Below are positions 49,927 through 59,933 of a stretch of DNA of 64,000 bases, one piece after another (position 1 is the first letter of the stretch; each line of letters begins with the position of its first letter). The position numbers were made by a program, and so were the translations under genes. A model generated the notes under the pieces. It worked only from the letters and a program-made list of their open reading frames with translations, was not told where the DNA came from and did not search any database. The DNA lies in IMG/VR virus record IMGVR_UViG_3300046794_000123, positions 14,538 through 78,537 of that record, one strand, 5' to 3'. This DNA is from a virus.

Positions 49927-51901
49927 CAATCTCGTGACCATCGTGGCCCTGTCGGTCGATACCCGGCATGCCGTGCTGTATTTTCAGGACGGCTCGACGC
50001 ACATGATTCCGCAGGGTGACGCTCGTCTGCCACGAATCGTGGCTGACTCCCGCATTGCACTGCAAGCGGGTATCCCGGTGCAGGTGAACATCACGCCGAT
50101 CTTCGTTCAGCGTACCGAGTTCGCGGACGCAGAGCAGGGCACCAAAGGCGTGGTCAAGTTCTTCCGGGTGGCGAAGTCCTTCCTGAAGAAGCTGGTGAAC
50201 ACCGAGTCGCCGGAGGCTGTGCCCGAGGAAGTGGCCCACGTCTCGCCGCTGACGATCGGTGTCTTTCCAGGCAAGGAAGCAACGAACCAAGGAACCAAGG
50301 AAGAAGATGACAAGCCGAGCATGTTCACCGAACCGGGTGACTACCGGGAAGGGAACGCTCCGACGCCGACTGTACCTGATGCGGCTAAGGATCAAGCTGC
50401 GTGGGAAAAGTTCGTAGACACCACCCACATGAACGCAACTACCGATCAGTCGCCGGTAGCCCAGACCAATGACCAGAAGCTCGACGCAGCACGTGAGCGC
50501 ATGCAGCAGCTGGTCGGCAACAGTGTGGGCACCTCGCAGCCGGAGTTCCACACGCCGCTGAAGGACGACGAAACGATCGTGGCCGTTCACGAAAAGAGCG
50601 GGGCGATCATCCCCGATGCGCACAAGCTCGCTCGTCAGTTGCGCTCGGCTCAGAAGCTTCAGGACTACGCAGGCTTCGAGAAGTTCATCGAGCGCCTGGC
50701 TGCCATCATCGACCAGCGGGGTCACTCGGTCGAAGACCTGATGAAGTTCATCGAGCAAGGCGATCTGCCGATTGCAGATGACGGCTCCATTGTCATCTAC
50801 AAGAAGCTCAATCGTGGAATGGGTCCGGAGCGTAGCAAAGGCGAATTCTTCGTCGATGTCCACACGGGCAAGATCCGCCAGAAGGTCGGCAGCTACGTTT
50901 ATCTGCTGCCGCATCTGGTCGATCCAAACCGTCGCAACTCATGCTCGAACGGCCTGCATGTGGGCGTCATGAGCTACGTGCGCAGCTTCAGCGGCAACGT
51001 CACGATCATGGCCAAGCTGCGTCCGGAAGATGTCTTCGCCGTGCCGGAACAGGAGCACACGAAGATGCGCGTTGCGGGCTACCACATCGTGGCTGAGCTG
51101 CCGGCCAAGTTGCGTCAGCTGGTGGACCAGGGCGTATCGATCTCGGCCGATCCGGAGGGTGCGGTTCTGCTCAACAACGTACTGCGTGGTAACCACATCG
51201 GCATCACACAGCATGTGCAGGTCGGTGGTCACCAAGGCACGGACGTGACCTACACGGACGTGGAAGGAGCAACTGGCCCACAAGTGGAAGCCACGTCGCT
51301 TGGCCACGCCGAGGCACTCGACATGCAAGAGGCACTCGAAGCCAAGGCGCCGGTGGCACCGGAGATCAAGGCCACCGATCTCGTCCAGCCTCCGACGACT
51401 GCAGCCGACTGGGATCTGGGCAAGGTGGATGACTGGATCAAGCGTGACGAAAGGTTGATCATACGTATTACGTCAAATACCCCCAAAGATACCTCGTGGA
51501 ATGGTGTCGTACCGGCACTCGTCGAGGGTCCGAAAGCTGAGGTTAAGTTGAGCCAGAAGGAAAAGGCCAATCAACTCTACGAGCAGCTGCTGGGGGCTGG
51601 CACTTTCCCCGAAGAACAGACGGCGGCCAAGGCGCTGCTGGAGTTCAAGAAGTCCGCTCGCAAGAGCTGGTCGGCACTGGGACTGCCGGAGGCCACCGGT
51701 GACGACATCAGCAAGATGCTGGCAGCGGAAGTTGTCCAGGCTCCGTCCACCCGCGTGGCTGCTGCACCGAGGGTAGACGACAAGGATCTGAAGAAGATTC
51801 TGAAAGCCCTGAAAGAGGGCAAATCGAATGTGGAAGTAGCTTCTATGTTCGGTCTGTCAAAAGACCAGGTCTATCGACTCAAGAAAAAGCATCAAATCTG
51901 A
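49919..51901 (+). CDS. rIIB: rIIB-like protein
   Basis: LPIADDGSIVIYK...DPNRRNSCSNGLHV...PEDVFAVP; C-terminal HTH. Confidence 0.88.
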   Translation: MNNNLVTIVALSVDTRHAVLYFQDGSTHMIPQGDARLPRIVADSRIALQAGIPVQVNITPIFVQRTEFADAEQGTKGVVKFFRVAKSFLKKLVNTESPEAVPEEVAHVSPLTIGVFPGKEATNQGTKEEDDKPSMFTEPGDYREGNAPTPTVPDAAKDQAAWEKFVDTTHMNATTDQSPVAQTNDQKLDAARERMQQLVGNSVGTSQPEFHTPLKDDETIVAVHEKSGAIIPDAHKLARQLRSAQKLQDYAGFEKFIERLAAIIDQRGHSVEDLMKFIEQGDLPIADDGSIVIYKKLNRGMGPERSKGEFFVDVHTGKIRQKVGSYVYLLPHLVDPNRRNSCSNGLHVGVMSYVRSFSGNVTIMAKLRPEDVFAVPEQEHTKMRVAGYHIVAELPAKLRQLVDQGVSISADPEGAVLLNNVLRGNHIGITQHVQVGGHQGTDVTYTDVEGATGPQVEATSLGHAEALDMQEALEAKAPVAPEIKATDLVQPPTTAADWDLGKVDDWIKRDERLIIRITSNTPKDTSWNGVVPALVEGPKAEVKLSQKEKANQLYEQLLGAGTFPEEQTAAKALLEFKKSARKSWSALGLPEATGDDISKMLAAEVVQAPSTRVAAAPRVDDKDLKKILKALKEGKSNVEVASMFGLSKDQVYRLKKKHQI

Positions 51902-51999
51902 AGTCGAGTTGTGTTCGGAAGGGCACGGTAAACCCTGCTCTCTTCCAAGATAGTTCTAGTCATGTCACACTAGAGGTTATTTTGAGGAGATTTGCATTT

Positions 52000-52368
52000 A
52001 TGTCAGGCGTTTACCGGGCCAACCGAAAGGCAGAGGATTCGGACATTATCCGACTAAATAGTGTCGGATTGTCCCTGTCCTCGATAGCAAAACTGTTGGA
52101 CTGTCACCCAACAACCATCACGCTCCGATTGAAGGCACTCGGCATCAGCCCAGCTGATACTCGACGAACCTTTATGGAAGACGTGTTCATGTCATTGTCT
52201 CCCAAGCAGCAGGAATGGCTGACCAAGCAGCTCGGCCCTCACATATCAATCAAGGACTTTGTGAGAAACCTGCTCGTGAAGGAGTTTCTAGCCAAGAGCG
52301 GGGAATCAGATGCAAAACCAAAATCAACAAAGGCTCCAGGAAAAGCTTCCGTCAAACACTCTGAGTGA
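52000..52368 (+). CDS. HTH DNA-binding protein (conserved after rIIB in N4-like phages)
   Basis: GLSLSSIAKLLDCHPTTITLRL HTH pattern. Confidence 0.7.
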   Translation: MSGVYRANRKAEDSDIIRLNSVGLSLSSIAKLLDCHPTTITLRLKALGISPADTRRTFMEDVFMSLSPKQQEWLTKQLGPHISIKDFVRNLLVKEFLAKSGESDAKPKSTKAPGKASVKHSE

Positions 52369-52828
52369 TACGTACCGCTGGTTCGTACTGGCTCACCCCA
52401 ATCCGACCAGCAAGCAATTCAGCACTCAGACTGGTGTCCACTTTGAAGAAGTGGCCGAGATGATTGAGGAGATTCGCCCTCTGTCCGCGAAAGCTGACTA
52501 CCTGCTCCACGATGCCAAGGTTGCCCTCAACGCACTGGCTACCTATCTGAAGCAGAACGACGGCGTGATCACTGTCTTGGAAGGCAATCTCCCCGGTTTT
52601 CTTGACGCTCTCTGCGATCAGATCGTGACAGCCACCGGCGTCGGCCGTGACTGTGGCTTTCCCATGGTTGAAGCCATGGAAGAAGTCAATGCTTCCAACT
52701 GGTCCAAGTTCGACGAAGACGGCAAACCCAACTTCGATTCGAACGGCAAGATCACCAAAGGACCGAACTACTTCAAGCCCAACTTGAAACAGTTCATCCC
52801 TTCCTTGGTTCCGGCAGCCACCGAGTAA
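52310..52828 (+). CDS. MazG-like NTP pyrophosphohydrolase
   Basis: EEVAE...LDALCDQIVT...EVNASNWSKF...GKITKGPNYFKPNL. Confidence 0.85.
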   Translation: MQNQNQQRLQEKLPSNTLSDTYRWFVLAHPNPTSKQFSTQTGVHFEEVAEMIEEIRPLSAKADYLLHDAKVALNALATYLKQNDGVITVLEGNLPGFLDALCDQIVTATGVGRDCGFPMVEAMEEVNASNWSKFDEDGKPNFDSNGKITKGPNYFKPNLKQFIPSLVPAATE

Positions 52829-52921
52829 CCAGCCACCCTACCCGCGTTTTGAATACTCTCCCCTTGGCTCCGGCCTTGGGGAGTAGCCCTCGTATTGCCC
52901 GGACAAAACAAAAAGACTGAT

Positions 52922-54223
52922 ATGGACCAACTTAAAACCGTCCCGCTGAACCGGGGACAACAACTTGCAGCGGACGGGTTTTTCGAATTCCTGTTCAGCG
53001 CTGATAAAGAGCTCTGCCTGTCTGGCCCCGGTGGCGTAGGCAAGACCTATGTCATGTCGTACCTGATCGACGAGATCATGCCTCGCTATCACAACACCTG
53101 TCAGTTGATGGGCATCAAGCCGCTCTTTACTGAAGTGGTGATGACAGCGACCACCAACAAGGCAGCAGAGGTACTGGCCGAGGCTACCAAGCGACCGACG
53201 CAGACCATTCACAGCTTCATGAACCTGGTGCTCAAGGAAGACTGGGAAACCGGCAAGATGCATCTGAAGCATGGTGCACAGTGGAAGATCCACTACAACA
53301 AGATCCTCTTCATTGATGAAGCCGGGATGCTCGATACGCCGATACGCCGGGAAATCCTCGAAGGTACCCACGGCTGCAAGATCGTCTACGTGGGTGACCA
53401 CCTCCAGCTCGGACCGATCATGGAAGAGGTCAGCCCGATCTACAAGGACACGCTCCCCTTCTTCGAGCTGACCGAGCAGATGCGCACCACCATTCCCGAG
53501 CTGCAAGCGACCAACGCCCAGCTGCGGGAGTCGGTCAGGACCGGCGTCTTCAATCCGATCCAGGCATTCCCCGGCATCATCGACTGGCTCGATGGTGCCC
53601 AGATGGAAGCCGAAGTCAACGCCACGTTTGCCAAGCAGACGCACGAGGCACGGATTCTCGCCTATACCAATCCCCGTGTGCTGCAGTACAACGCCCACAT
53701 CCGGGATCTGCGTGGACTGGGTGAGGACTTTACGGTCGGTGAGTTCCTGGTGAACAACTCGGCGGTGATCTTGAGTCACGGCATGATGCACGTCGAGGAA
53801 GAGATCGAGGTCGTGAGCGTAGAGCCGGACACCGAGATGGTCGATCTCGATGGCCAGGCCGAATTGGAAGTCATTCGCATGACATTCCAGAACCGCTACA
53901 ACGAGCTGCACCGGGACATCCCCGTACCGGTGGACCGGGACCACTACAACCAGCTGCTCAAGTATTTCAAGAAGCAGAAACAGTGGCGCACCTTCTACCA
54001 GCTCAAGAACGGTTTTCCGGACCTTCGCCAACGGGATGCAGCCACCGTGCACAAGGCACAGGGCAGCACCTACGACACGGTGTTCATCGATCTCGATGAC
54101 TTGTCCACCTGCCGCAATGCCAACACCGCAGCTCGTCTGCTCTATGTCGCCTTCAGCCGTGCTCGTCGCCGGGTCGTCTGCTATGGCGATCTGGCCGAGA
54201 AGTTCGGAGGCATGCTCGCCTGA
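52922..54223 (+). CDS. Dda/RecD-like SF1B DNA helicase
   Basis: GPGGVGKT, IDEAGM, GDHLQL, TVHKAQGSTY, YVAFSRAR. Confidence 0.92.
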   Translation: MDQLKTVPLNRGQQLAADGFFEFLFSADKELCLSGPGGVGKTYVMSYLIDEIMPRYHNTCQLMGIKPLFTEVVMTATTNKAAEVLAEATKRPTQTIHSFMNLVLKEDWETGKMHLKHGAQWKIHYNKILFIDEAGMLDTPIRREILEGTHGCKIVYVGDHLQLGPIMEEVSPIYKDTLPFFELTEQMRTTIPELQATNAQLRESVRTGVFNPIQAFPGIIDWLDGAQMEAEVNATFAKQTHEARILAYTNPRVLQYNAHIRDLRGLGEDFTVGEFLVNNSAVILSHGMMHVEEEIEVVSVEPDTEMVDLDGQAELEVIRMTFQNRYNELHRDIPVPVDRDHYNQLLKYFKKQKQWRTFYQLKNGFPDLRQRDAATVHKAQGSTYDTVFIDLDDLSTCRNANTAARLLYVAFSRARRRVVCYGDLAEKFGGMLA

Positions 54224-54237
54224 ACTGGGAGGAAATC

Positions 54238-54759
54238 ATGGCTACCAAGCCCTTACCTATCACCGCAGAAAACCAGACGTACAAGTTCCTGAGCCAGTTT
54301 CTCGAAAAGCTCTTTGAGCCAGAGGGAAGAAGGCTTCAACAGGCGCTTGATCGGATTATCGATCAAAACGAGGAGCTCGCCCCTACTGGCGGAAAGTTGG
54401 GCATCTGGTACGGCGGTGAGCGATTCGTCCACAGCCGAGCACAGGCCCATTTCAATACAGTTCCACCGCTTGCATGGGCACTGAACGATCAGATGGATGC
54501 GTGGCTGAAAGACAAAGCCACCATCAAGCAGGACAAGGAACTGATCCAGCAGACGCTCTTCAAGTGCGTCTATGGCTGGAACGATAGACAGGACTTTCGC
54601 AATCGACTGCCGGATTGCCTGATTCCTCTCCTTGGTTCCAACTTGGCGCGCACCGTGCCATTCGAGGAGGCGGTATGCCTGAATCCGAGGGACAAACGGC
54701 AGTTCGAGAAGATCCTGCCGAAGATCGAGCTGTATGCAACGACCCGCCTGATTTACTGA
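54238..54759 (+). CDS. N4 gp38-like hypothetical protein
   Basis: 173 aa between helicase and polymerase. Confidence 0.65.
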   Translation: MATKPLPITAENQTYKFLSQFLEKLFEPEGRRLQQALDRIIDQNEELAPTGGKLGIWYGGERFVHSRAQAHFNTVPPLAWALNDQMDAWLKDKATIKQDKELIQQTLFKCVYGWNDRQDFRNRLPDCLIPLLGSNLARTVPFEEAVCLNPRDKRQFEKILPKIELYATTRLIY

Positions 54760-54779
54760 AAGAGAAGGAGCTGCACGAG

Positions 54780-57449
54780 ATGCGACACCACGTTTGGGCT
54801 CAACAGCCGGAGTATCCGGTCTGTCTGCTGGTCGGGCAAATCATGAAGGATGAGATCGCCCGTGCCTACTTTCCCGATGGCTCGAAGGTGGACCGTGACG
54901 ATGTCATGGTGCTCGACCTGCACTACGCCGGCAAGAAGACCTCAGCCAGCGAGATGCAGCGCTACATCAAGGAGCAGTTGCAGGAAGTGCTGGATGACAA
55001 CAAGTGCCAGTACATCCTCGTCACCGACTCGGGCTACTTCAAGACGCTGACCGGGGCCAACAAGTCCGATGCGAATCTGGGCTACGTGCTGGACTCCAAG
55101 TATGGACCGCAGAAGGTGCTCTACATCCCTTCCTACCGGGCCATGTTTGCAGATCCCACGGGGGTGAAGGCGAAGATTGCTCAGGGGATGGATGCACTCG
55201 TGGCCCATGCGACGGACAGTTACAGCAAGCCCGGTCACGGCATCATCAAGTTCTCGGACTATCCCCAGACAGATGCCGAGATCGAGGCGTGGCTGAATAA
55301 GCTGCTGGACATGAATGTTCCGCTCACGGTGGACATCGAGACCTTCAGCCTGAAGCACTACTCCGCTGGGATCGGCACGATCAGCTTCGCCTGGAACCAG
55401 GGAGAGGGAATTGCCTTCCCGGTGGACTATGTGCCCATCGAAGGTGCCACACAGGCACCATTCGGCCGTCAGGTCCGCAATGAACATCGCCGTGCCCTAC
55501 TGCGCTCCTTCTTCGAGCGATTGAAGCAAAAGGCTGTCTATCACCGGATCGCCTTCGACGTGTACATCCTGATCTATCAGCTGTACATGGACCACATCAT
55601 CGACACTGAAGGGTTGCTCCAGGGCATCGATGTGATGCTGAAGAACTGGGATTGCAGCCTGCTCATCACGTACTTGGCGACGAATTCCTGTGCCGGTAAC
55701 AAGCTTGGTCTGAAAGACCAGGCACAGGCATTCGCCGGCAACTATGCGCAGACCGAGATCCACGACATCACGAAGATCCCGCTGCCTCAGTTGCTGGAGT
55801 ACAACCTGGTGGATAGTCTTTCCACCTGGTTCGTGCACGACAAGCACTATCAGACGATGGTCAATGACCAGCAGCTGGAGGTCTACGAGACGCTCTTCAA
55901 ACCAGCGACGGTCGACATCATCCAGATGCAATTGACCGGTATGCCGGTCAGCATGCCTCGTGTGCTCGAAGTCGAAGAGGCACTGCAGGCCGTCCACGAC
56001 GATGCGGTGGAGCGGATCAACAAGACGAAGTGTGTCCAGCAGTACCAGCATCGTCTGAAGGAAAAGTACATCGAGAAGAAGCACGCTGAGTGGAAGAAGA
56101 AACGCATCACGATGGCCGATGTGCCTGACGAGGTTGTATTCAATCCACGCAGCTATCCGCAGATGCAGGATCTGCTTTACACCTCGCTCGGTCTGCCCAT
56201 CATTTCCCACACGGACACGGGTCAGGCTTCGGCTGATGGAGACACACTGGAGAAACTGAGGAACCACACGACCAACCCCGACATTCTGGATCTGTTGAGT
56301 GCGCTCCTTGATTTCGCCGCCGTTGACAAGATTCTGAGCAGCTTCATCCCTGCGATGAAGAATGCACAACAGGGTCCAGATGGCTGGTGGTATCTGTTCG
56401 GTAACTTCAATCTGGGTGGCACTGTCTCTGGCCGGTTGAGCTCCAACGATCCGAACCTGCAGAACCTGCCAGCCAACGTCGCCATGGTCATCTCGGCCAT
56501 GCTGCTGGCGCTGTTCCCGATTCTGCAGAAGTTCACGAAGAAGGGAAAGCTGTCACTGGGCAAGCTGATCAAGTATTGCTTCGAGGCACCGCCCGGATGG
56601 ATCTTTGCCGGACTGGACTTCGCCTCGCTCGAAGACCGGATCAGTGCACTGACCACGAAGGATCCTCAGAAACTGAAGGTCTACACCGATGGCTATGATG
56701 GTCACTGCCTGCGGGCGTATGCCTATTTCGGTGAGGAGATGCCTGACATCGACGCCAACTCGGTACCCAGCATCAACTCAATCGAGATGGCCTACAAGAT
56801 GCTGAGACAGGATAGTAAAGCGCCAACCTTTGCCCTGACCTACCAGGGCACCTGGAAGACGCTGATGACCAACTGCGGGTTCTCAATGGAGAAGGCACAG
56901 CTCATCGAGGCACGCTACAAGTCACTCTACAAGGTGTCGATCGACTGGGTGCAGGACAAGCTCAATCAGGCTTCCAAGGATGGCTACGTGACCGTGGCTT
57001 TTGGGTTACGTGTGCGTACTCCTCGTCTGGCTCAGGTGATCCGGGGCACGAGCAAGACACCACGGGAAGCAGAGGCTGAAGGCAGGACCGCTGGCAATGC
57101 CCTTGGGCAGAGCTGGTGTCTGCTCAATAGTCGGGCCGGATCGGAATTCATGGGCAAGGTGCGCCAGTCGGAGTTCCGGCTGGACATCCGTCCCTCTGCC
57201 CAGATTCACGATGCGGGTTACTTCCTGGTCAAGGAAGATCCAGCGGCCCTCGCCTACATGAATGAGCATCTGGTCAAGGCCGTGCAGTGGCAGAACCATC
57301 CAGACATCTGGCACGACGAGGTCAAGCTCGGCGGGGAGGTCAGTGTTTTCTTCCCGGACTGGTCCAACGAAATCGGCATCCCCAATGGTGCCGGTGAAGA
57401 AGAGATCATCGAGGTCATCCAGTCAGCGATGGAAAAACTTGCTGCCTAG
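54780..57449 (+). CDS. Family A DNA polymerase with 3'-5' exonuclease (N4 gp39)
   Basis: DIET exo I, GRLSS.DPNLQN, DFASLEDR, RQDSKAPTFALTYQG, QIHDA. Confidence 0.95.
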   Translation: MRHHVWAQQPEYPVCLLVGQIMKDEIARAYFPDGSKVDRDDVMVLDLHYAGKKTSASEMQRYIKEQLQEVLDDNKCQYILVTDSGYFKTLTGANKSDANLGYVLDSKYGPQKVLYIPSYRAMFADPTGVKAKIAQGMDALVAHATDSYSKPGHGIIKFSDYPQTDAEIEAWLNKLLDMNVPLTVDIETFSLKHYSAGIGTISFAWNQGEGIAFPVDYVPIEGATQAPFGRQVRNEHRRALLRSFFERLKQKAVYHRIAFDVYILIYQLYMDHIIDTEGLLQGIDVMLKNWDCSLLITYLATNSCAGNKLGLKDQAQAFAGNYAQTEIHDITKIPLPQLLEYNLVDSLSTWFVHDKHYQTMVNDQQLEVYETLFKPATVDIIQMQLTGMPVSMPRVLEVEEALQAVHDDAVERINKTKCVQQYQHRLKEKYIEKKHAEWKKKRITMADVPDEVVFNPRSYPQMQDLLYTSLGLPIISHTDTGQASADGDTLEKLRNHTTNPDILDLLSALLDFAAVDKILSSFIPAMKNAQQGPDGWWYLFGNFNLGGTVSGRLSSNDPNLQNLPANVAMVISAMLLALFPILQKFTKKGKLSLGKLIKYCFEAPPGWIFAGLDFASLEDRISALTTKDPQKLKVYTDGYDGHCLRAYAYFGEEMPDIDANSVPSINSIEMAYKMLRQDSKAPTFALTYQGTWKTLMTNCGFSMEKAQLIEARYKSLYKVSIDWVQDKLNQASKDGYVTVAFGLRVRTPRLAQVIRGTSKTPREAEAEGRTAGNALGQSWCLLNSRAGSEFMGKVRQSEFRLDIRPSAQIHDAGYFLVKEDPAALAYMNEHLVKAVQWQNHPDIWHDEVKLGGEVSVFFPDWSNEIGIPNGAGEEEIIEVIQSAMEKLAA

Positions 57450-57529
57450 TTCGGGGTTTCTTTGGGTGTCAGTTACCTATAGACACTGTCTTAACTAACG
57501 TTTACCATTCTTCCATTAGAAATAAGTTT

Positions 57530-57563
57530 GGGGGGAGCCAGAGAGATCTGGCTCCCCTTCTTC
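57530..57563 (+). terminator. Intrinsic terminator
   Basis: ggggagccaga-gaga-tctggctcccc-ttcttc. Confidence 0.7.
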
Positions 57564-57579
57564 ATCCATTGAGGCTCCC

Positions 57580-58415
57580 ATGAAAGCTCCCGCATCCAAG
57601 AAGAAGTTCTTTTTCCTCGTCTCGGCCACGATCGTCTTCCATCTGAAGGCTGACGAGAACCAGAACGTCACCACGGTACCGATCAACGCCACCATCTACG
57701 GCGAGAAGGACCAGATCCCTTCGGCCATGATCGGCAAGGCACAGCAGGCGGTGCAGATGCAGCTCCTGAAGCGTCTGGGCGAAGAGTTCCAGAACATCGA
57801 GATCGACGATGTGGTGATCAACAACATCATCACGCTCGGCTACATGACCGAGGACGAATTCCTGGCTCCTCCCAAGGTCGAGTCGGATGCCGTCAAGAAG
57901 GTCATGTCGATCGTCCAGGGCGGCGCAGAAGCATGAGTGACGCCACACTCACAGGCGGGCGAGTGAATTACTACCTCGCCCAAGTCGAACATCCCCAACG
58001 GGAAGACCAGCAGCCGTACCAAGCTGAGTGTGAGGACATCATCACCGCACTCGGCATGACCTTCGACGAAGGCTGTCTGTTCAAGGCTCTGTGGCGTACT
58101 GCCGCAGCTCGTCTTGGCAACGGCAAGCCCGGCCAGAAGGCCAAGTACGACGCTGAGAAGATGGTGCACTATGCAGGCCGGATTCTCACGCAGCTCCAAA
58201 ACGCAGAGAACGATGTGGTACGCCAGGAGGCTGACAAGCCCGTGTATACCGGCTGGATCGAGTGGAGTGGTAGTTGCATGGCTCCTGTACCGGGAGAGGT
58301 CGTTGTCGAAGTCGTTCTTCGAAACGGTTCCAGACTGAGCGGCAAAGCCCGGTTTCGTGATTGGAATCAATTCGGCGGCGCTGGTGACATCGTGAAATAC
58401 CGAATCGTCTCCTGA
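57580..58415 (+). CDS. Two N4-type hypothetical proteins (57580-57936; 57933-58415 DUF3310-like)
   Basis: ECEDII.ALGMTFDEG..FKALWR motif in the second ORF. Confidence 0.6.
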
Positions 58416-58464
58416 TCCCTTTCCTTGGTTCGGCTGTCTCCCCCTTTCACAGTGAGTACTCCTC

Positions 58465-58956
58465 ATGACGATTACGCATCAAGAGCTCTTGGAGTTGATC
58501 CACTACGAACCGACAACCGGAGTTTTCACCCGTCTGGATACAGGCAAGGTGACGAACTGCATAGGTAAAGCTGGCTACGTGGAGATCCGCATCAAGAACG
58601 TCCTGTACTACGGACATCGCTTGGCGTGGTTCTACGTGAAGGGCGAGTGGCCTCCCCGCGTGGATCACGACAACAACCATCGACACGACAACCGATGGAC
58701 GAATCTGCGTCTGGCAACCCGGACACAGAATAACCGGAACGGCGTGATACGTAAAAGCAACAAGAGCGGGTTCAAAGGCGTCTGCTTCTGCAAGGTCATG
58801 AAAAGATGGAAGGCAACGATCACCGTTGATCGCAGGCAATTCACCATCGGCTACGCCGACGAACCACAGGAAGCAGCTCTGCTTTACGACCAGGCGGCGA
58901 TTGTGCACCACGGTGCCTTCGCCAAAACCAACAAACAACTGGGACTGCTTTCATGA
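58465..58956 (+). CDS. HNH homing endonuclease with AP2 domain
   Basis: HRLAW...VDH.N..R.DNR..NLR...SGFKGV...WKATI...AA..YD. Confidence 0.88.
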   Translation: MTITHQELLELIHYEPTTGVFTRLDTGKVTNCIGKAGYVEIRIKNVLYYGHRLAWFYVKGEWPPRVDHDNNHRHDNRWTNLRLATRTQNNRNGVIRKSNKSGFKGVCFCKVMKRWKATITVDRRQFTIGYADEPQEAALLYDQAAIVHHGAFAKTNKQLGLLS

Positions 58957-59933
58957 GAGTTTCGAACAACTCAGACATCTCACTACCACTCGCTGTTTGG
59001 CTGCTCGCAGATGACTATGACTACCAGACCGACGAGAACTACATCAGCGCCACCAAGCTGATGCGCCCTCTTCGTCATCTGGTCCTGCCGCACCGCATTC
59101 CGGATAAAGAGCGTCCGATGCCGGACGTGCAGGATTACATCGCCTCGGCTCTGGGCAAGGCACTCCACGATTCCATCGAGAAGGCGTGGACGAACGGATA
59201 TACCAAGGCTCTGAAGATGATGGGCTACTCGGAAGACATCATCAGTCACGTCCGCATCAACCCCGATGAGCCAGAGGAAGGAACGATCCCGATCTACATC
59301 GAGCAGCGTGCCAAACGCACGATCAAGATCATGGGCAAGGTCTACACCATCGGCGGCAAGTTCGACATGGTGATGGAAGGCAAGGTGATGGACAACAAGT
59401 CCACCACGGTCTACACCTGGATCTATGGCGGCAAGGACGACGACTATCGTCTGCAGGGTTCGATCTATCGCTGGTTGAACCCGGACAAGATCACCGAGGA
59501 CACCATCCGCATCAACTTCATCTTCACGGACTGGAGTGCAGCGGACGCTCGTGCCAACCCCAAGTATCCGCAACAACGTGTGGCCTACACGGAGATCCCG
59601 CTGCTGACTGTCGAGGAGACAGAAGCCTGGATTATCTGGAAGCTCACGCAGGTGCAGAAATACTGGGGCGTGCCTGAGAACCAAGTCCCGGAATGCACGG
59701 ACGAAGAGCTCTGGCGTTCGGCACCGAAGTACAAGTATTACAGCGACCCCCTCAAGACCACGGGGAAATCGACGAAGAACTTCGACGCACTGAGTGAAGC
59801 CAATCAGTGGTGGAAGGTCGAGAAAAGTGGCAAGGGAATCGTCATCACAGTCCCCGGCGAAGTCAAACGCTGCGGCTACTGCGAGGCATTCAACATCTGC
59901 ACACAGAAGGATCGCTACATCACAACACCATGA
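58953..59933 (+). CDS. PD-(D/E)XK exonuclease (N4 gp42, Cas4-like)
   Basis: GKALHD, GKFD...DNKS, C-terminal CxxC. Confidence 0.8.
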   Translation: MRVSNNSDISLPLAVWLLADDYDYQTDENYISATKLMRPLRHLVLPHRIPDKERPMPDVQDYIASALGKALHDSIEKAWTNGYTKALKMMGYSEDIISHVRINPDEPEEGTIPIYIEQRAKRTIKIMGKVYTIGGKFDMVMEGKVMDNKSTTVYTWIYGGKDDDYRLQGSIYRWLNPDKITEDTIRINFIFTDWSAADARANPKYPQQRVAYTEIPLLTVEETEAWIIWKLTQVQKYWGVPENQVPECTDEELWRSAPKYKYYSDPLKTTGKSTKNFDALSEANQWWKVEKSGKGIVITVPGEVKRCGYCEAFNICTQKDRYITTP

